NCBI GenBank assembly: GCA_944349635.1
Contig: CALVNH010000006.1
Coordinates: 2,195-66,194, forward strand
Length of the DNA: 64,000 bases
Direction of reading: 5' to 3'
From: an uncultured Clostridia bacterium
GTDB taxonomy: Bacteria > Bacillota > Clostridia > Christensenellales > CAG-917
Shown: positions 60,429 through 64,000 of the stretch, piece by piece
Layout of the letters: each line of letters starts with the position of its first letter
Position numbering within the stretch: the first letter of the stretch is position 1
Program-made: the position numbers and the translations under genes
The notes under the pieces: model-generated
What the model was told of the DNA's origin: nothing
What the model saw: the letters and a program-made list of their open reading frames with translations, nothing else
Databases searched by the model: none

Positions 60429-60878
60429 TCAGAGAACTTCTATTTTGTCCCCCGCTCTTATGATTCCCTCTTCGACGACGGTTGCGAAAATGCCCTCTTT
60501 CGGCATTGCGCATACGCCGTACTTTTTCGCTATTTCACACCCCTGGTCGGCGTGACACTTTTTGCCTATCTGGCTGACTTCCAGCACCGCGCCGCCTATT
60601 TTCAGACGGGTGCCCACGGGAAGGACGTAAAGACATATCCCTCGCGTTGTGATGTTCTCAGCGAATTTGCCTTCGCACAACCCCACGACGTCCTTTTTGT
60701 CCGCCTTGAAGCGTTCGATGCTTTCGTAGGACAACAGGCTGATTTGTCTTTTGCCGGGGGCGGCGTGCGCGTCGCCTTTGATGCCGAAATCCTTTATGCA
60801 CTCAACGTACTCGACGGGATGTTTGACGGTGCCTTTGATTTCGCTTATGTTTACCGCCACGACTCTGGCTTCACTCAT
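60429..60878 (-). CDS. MOSC-domain protein
   Basis: 149 aa (VVAVNISEIKGTVKHPVEYVECIKDFGIKGDAHAAPGKRQISLLSYESI...). GGGGAGGTG RBS. It overlaps the end of moaC by 8 nt. Confidence 0.8.
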   Translation of the reverse strand: MSEARVVAVNISEIKGTVKHPVEYVECIKDFGIKGDAHAAPGKRQISLLSYESIERFKADKKDVVGLCEGKFAENITTRGICLYVLPVGTRLKIGGAVLEVSQIGKKCHADQGCEIAKKYGVCAMPKEGIFATVVEEGIIRAGDKIEVL

Positions 60879-61338
60879 AACACACCTCCCCGCTCTTCCC
60901 GCCGCTCTTTTTCACGAGGCGGACGTTCTCGATTTTCATACGCTTGTCCACGGCTTTCACCATGTCGTATACCGTGAGAGCGGCGACTGTCACCGCCGTC
61001 AGAGCCTCCATTTCCGCCCCGGTTTTCGCGGTGCAGTTCACTTCCGCCGCAATCTCCACTCCGTCCGCCAAAAACGCAAACTTCATTTTCACGCCCGACA
61101 ACGGAATCTGGTGACACATCGGTATAAGTTCCCACGTCCTTTTTGCCGCCGTTATGCCTGCAACCAACGCGGTGTTGAGCACCTCGCCCTTTCTTCCCTT
61201 TCCGCTCCTCACGGCGGAAAGCGCCTCCGCGTTCATGCGCACTACGCCCTTTGCCACGGCAACGCGCGCCGTCGGCTCTTTTTCTGACACGTCAACCATC
61301 GTTGCAAGTCCGTTTTCGTCAATGTGAGTCAGTTCCAC
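60871..61338 (-). CDS. moaC: cyclic pyranopterin monophosphate synthase MoaC
   Basis: ORF 60871-61437. The likely start is GTG 61338 (GGAGG 5 nt upstream; GTG 61344 is an alternative). Blocks are LTHIDENGLATMVDVSEK..., IPMCHQIPL and TGAEMEALTAV. Confidence 0.88.
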   Translation of the reverse strand: MELTHIDENGLATMVDVSEKEPTARVAVAKGVVRMNAEALSAVRSGKGRKGEVLNTALVAGITAAKRTWELIPMCHQIPLSGVKMKFAFLADGVEIAAEVNCTAKTGAEMEALTAVTVAALTVYDMVKAVDKRMKIENVRLVKKSGGKSGEVCYE

Positions 61339-61355
61339 TTTCACCTCCGCGGAAG

Positions 61356-62279
61356 TTATCCGCCTATGCTCCCCATATCGTCCTGCTGCAACTCTCCGCG
61401 CTCTATGTTGTGAGACGGAGGTTTGGAGGCAATGCATTCCTTCAAAAACTTTTCGAGTGCCTCTCTGTCAACGAGATACGGCTTGACGTCGAAGCGCAAC
61501 GCGCTGTGCAGACACGGCAACACGAGTCCCGTCGAAGTCAATCTCATTCTGTCGCACGACGAACAGAACTTTCTGCCCAGCGGCGAAATGAACCCCGCGC
61601 GGAAAGCGTCGCAAGCATAATACGCCACGTTGCCCTCCTCGCGGACAAATTTCATTCCGTATTTTTCCGTTATCTCCGCCGACGGGAGAAACCTCTTCTC
61701 GAAATAATCCGTCGTGGAAGCAAACGGCATGAGCTCGATAAAGCGCAACTCCGCCCCCACGCTCTGCGCAAATTCCGCAAGCGGCAGAACGTCGTCGTTG
61801 ACGCCGCGTTGCAACACGGCGTTGATTTTGAGACGGAATCCGCAATCGGCGGCACACCGTATGCCGTCGACTGCCTCCGCGAGATTGCCTCCTCCCGTGA
61901 TTTCGGTGTATTTGCGCGGGTCGAGAGTGTCGAGACTTGCGTTCACGCGCGACAGTCCCGCCGCCGCAAGTTTTTTTGCAAACTGCGGAAACAGCACCGC
62001 ATTCGTGGTCATCACCGTTTCGCAACCCAGCGCGGAGATTTGCCCGACGAGTTCCGCGACACCCTTGCGCACCAAGGGCTCCCCGCCCGTAATACGCACC
62101 TTGTTCACCCCCAGCCCGACAAAGACTTCTGCCACGAAAGCCAACTGCTCAACGGTGAGCAAATCGGAGTGACGCAATTCTTTCACGGGTCGCGGCTTGC
62201 AATAGGCGCAAGCCAGATTGCATTTGTCCGTGACGGAAATGCGCAGATATCTTATCTCTCTGCCCAGTCCGTCTTTCAT
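61356..62279 (-). CDS. moaA: GTP 3',8-cyclase MoaA (radical SAM)
   Basis: ORF 61356-62387, start moved to ATG 62279 (ATGA overlap with the moeA stop). LRISVTDKCNLACAYC is the CX3CX2C radical-SAM motif, and there are C-terminal cluster cysteines. Confidence 0.9.
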   Translation of the reverse strand: MKDGLGREIRYLRISVTDKCNLACAYCKPRPVKELRHSDLLTVEQLAFVAEVFVGLGVNKVRITGGEPLVRKGVAELVGQISALGCETVMTTNAVLFPQFAKKLAAAGLSRVNASLDTLDPRKYTEITGGGNLAEAVDGIRCAADCGFRLKINAVLQRGVNDDVLPLAEFAQSVGAELRFIELMPFASTTDYFEKRFLPSAEITEKYGMKFVREEGNVAYYACDAFRAGFISPLGRKFCSSCDRMRLTSTGLVLPCLHSALRFDVKPYLVDREALEKFLKECIASKPPSHNIERGELQQDDMGSIGG

Positions 62280-64000
62280 ATCTCCACGATTTCTCCCAGT
62301 CTCTTTGCCGTGTAATCGCCGAATGCGAGCAACTTGTCTTTGAACGCGTCGGAACGTATGAATTCCAAGAACGCCCGAATCCTGCAATCTTTCAAATCTT
62401 CTTTCCTTATGAGGAAATCATACTCTTCGTCATAGAGCGACACGAAATCCAGTCCCAGACAGTTCGCCGCGCTGCCGACGCCCATGCCGACGTCCGCCGC
62501 GCCGCCTTCCACCGCCATACCCACGGCAAGGTGCGTGGAATACTCCTTTTCGTAACCGTGGATTTGTGCGGGTTTGTGCCCGCATTTTTCCAGCATATAG
62601 TCAAAAAGCAGCCTGGTGCCCGCGCCCCTCTGACGGTTGGCAAAACGCAGTCCCTTTTCCGCAATGTCGGCAACGCAGGTCACGCCGTGAGGATTGCCCT
62701 TCGGCACCATGAGCCCCTGCGTTCTGCCCACTCCCTTGACGAGCACCATTTTTTCGTCGGGAAAATACTTTTTGACGTAAGACACGTTGTATTCGCCGCT
62801 TGCGGGGTCGAGCAGATGAACGGGCGCGATGTGGCATTCGCCTTTCTGCATGGCGAAAATGCCGCCCATACTGCCGACGTGCGCGCTGCTGACGGAAATA
62901 TGCTCCCCGATAACGTCTATGACCAAATCGTGACTGCCGATGATGACGAGATTCTTTTCGATTTGCGACAGAGGCTTGCGAAGTGAGATTTCCACCTCGG
63001 AACCTCCCTCAAAGCCCTCGGAATATCTGTCGACGTAAAGCAGTCCGTCGGCTTTCACGAGACTCATAATCTGTGCCGCACCCCTTTCGAGCGGCGTGGC
63101 AACCAGCTTGCCGCCCACTCTGCCCAAAGACATTCTCACATACTCCGCGTTTTTCAGAGAACTTACCACGTTCCTCGTCAGCACGGCTTTCACGCTTGCG
63201 GAATCTCCGTCGCAGTCAAGGGTCAGCATTTTCAGAATCACGGGTCTGGCAAACAACTCGAACACGAGATATGCCGACACGGGATATCCAGGAATGCCTA
63301 TGACGGGTTTGCCCGCGGCGGAAGCCAAAATGGTGGGTTTGCCGGGTTTCACGGCAAAACCGTGCAGGAACACTTCGCCCGTTTCTCCCATTACTTCCAC
63401 GGCGTAATCCTTGGTGCCTGCGGAACTGCCCGCGTTGACGATGACCATGTCGGTTTCGCCCAAAGCGACGGTTAAAGCGTCCTTTAACGCTGCTTTATCA
63501 TCCTTTACCGTCGGATAACGCTTGCATACGCCGCCGCATTCCTCTATGAGCGCCTTGAACATTCTGGAATTGCTTTCCATCAGTTTTCCGTCGGCAAGCA
63601 GACTTGCGTCGTCCACCATTTCGTCGCCCGTGGCAATGACTCCGACCACGGGTTTTTTCCTGACGGAAATCTCCGCATTGCCCGAAGCGAACACCGCTCC
63701 GACGTCGACAGGACGGATTTTTCTGCCCGAAGGCAACACCATTTCTCCCGCGACAATGCTCTCTCCTTTGACTCTCACGTGCTGCCATTCGTACGCGGGC
63801 GCAACGACGGACACTTTGCCGTCTCCCAAATCCGTGACGTCCTCAATCATTATCACCGCGTCGAAACGCAGGGGCAGTTTGTTGCCCGTGTTGACGTAAA
63901 CGAAATCCCTGCCCTCTTCCATAACGAGAGGGGTTTTCTCCGAAGCCGTCGCCGTGCGCTCCGCGCAAACGGCAATGCCGTCCATTGCCGCGGCGTTGAA
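62276..64000 (-). CDS. moeA: molybdopterin molybdotransferase MoeA fused to a C-terminal periplasmic-binding-protein-like domain (5' end beyond the right edge)
   Basis: The frame is open to position 64000 (FNAAAMDGIAV is the MoeA SAMDGYAV-type motif). The central MoeA/MogA-like domain is VGVIATGDEMV ... VIVNAGSSAGTKD. The C-terminal ~230 aa are PBP-like (GSHDLVIDVIG ... GAGTRLLFDYML ... GMGVGSAA). Confidence 0.85.
   Translation of the reverse strand, partial: FNAAAMDGIAVCAERTATASEKTPLVMEEGRDFVYVNTGNKLPLRFDAVIMIEDVTDLGDGKVSVVAPAYEWQHVRVKGESIVAGEMVLPSGRKIRPVDVGAVFASGNAEISVRKKPVVGVIATGDEMVDDASLLADGKLMESNSRMFKALIEECGGVCKRYPTVKDDKAALKDALTVALGETDMVIVNAGSSAGTKDYAVEVMGETGEVFLHGFAVKPGKPTILASAAGKPVIGIPGYPVSAYLVFELFARPVILKMLTLDCDGDSASVKAVLTRNVVSSLKNAEYVRMSLGRVGGKLVATPLERGAAQIMSLVKADGLLYVDRYSEGFEGGSEVEISLRKPLSQIEKNLVIIGSHDLVIDVIGEHISVSSAHVGSMGGIFAMQKGECHIAPVHLLDPASGEYNVSYVKKYFPDEKMVLVKGVGRTQGLMVPKGNPHGVTCVADIAEKGLRFANRQRGAGTRLLFDYMLEKCGHKPAQIHGYEKEYSTHLAVGMAVEGGAADVGMGVGSAANCLGLDFVSLYDEEYDFLIRKEDLKDCRIRAFLEFIRSDAFKDKLLAFGDYTAKRLGEIVEI

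Overview
This is a chromosomal, mostly housekeeping segment from a moderately GC-rich, Gram-positive-type anaerobe (Bacillota/Clostridia-like). The lineage call rests on AddAB instead of RecBCD, CIRCE-controlled groESL, a DivIVA-domain protein, a long type-2 GalT, a THF riboswitch and a type III glutamine synthetase. About 45 protein genes lie on both strands. They are ppdK (partial, left edge), corA, addB-addA, pncB, lgt, galK/galT, dnaX-ybaB-recR and comEB. They continue with groESL, a PuuR-like regulator plus potABCD, and a riboswitch-controlled folC-folE-folP-folBK operon. The rest are purB/purA, glnN, citrate synthase and a moeA-moaA-moaC-MOSC molybdenum-cofactor operon (moeA runs off the right edge). 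I found no rRNA, tRNA, CRISPR array, transposase, integrase or phage genes. Five things are not explained by routine annotation. (i) A 0.63-kb ORF-poor, repeat-decorated gap lies upstream of an apparently leaderless dnaX. Bacillus-type genomes carry the SRP RNA gene at this position, but no SRP motif is present here. (ii) A GC-rich, strongly self-complementary ~215-bp element lies between the folate-operon promoter and a divergent two-gene operon of uncharacterised polytopic membrane proteins. (iii) A translationally coupled operon encodes an ABC ATPase, a large exporter-type permease and a 1031-aa Ig-like plus beta-helix surface protein. (iv) An FHA-domain ABC exporter appears to be co-transcribed with a minimal two-gene SufC/SufB-like Fe-S module. 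(v) Several genes have a canonical -10 box only 6-9 nt from the start codon, implying leaderless mRNAs. None of these is proven. Each needs a database, comparative or transcriptome check that I cannot run here.
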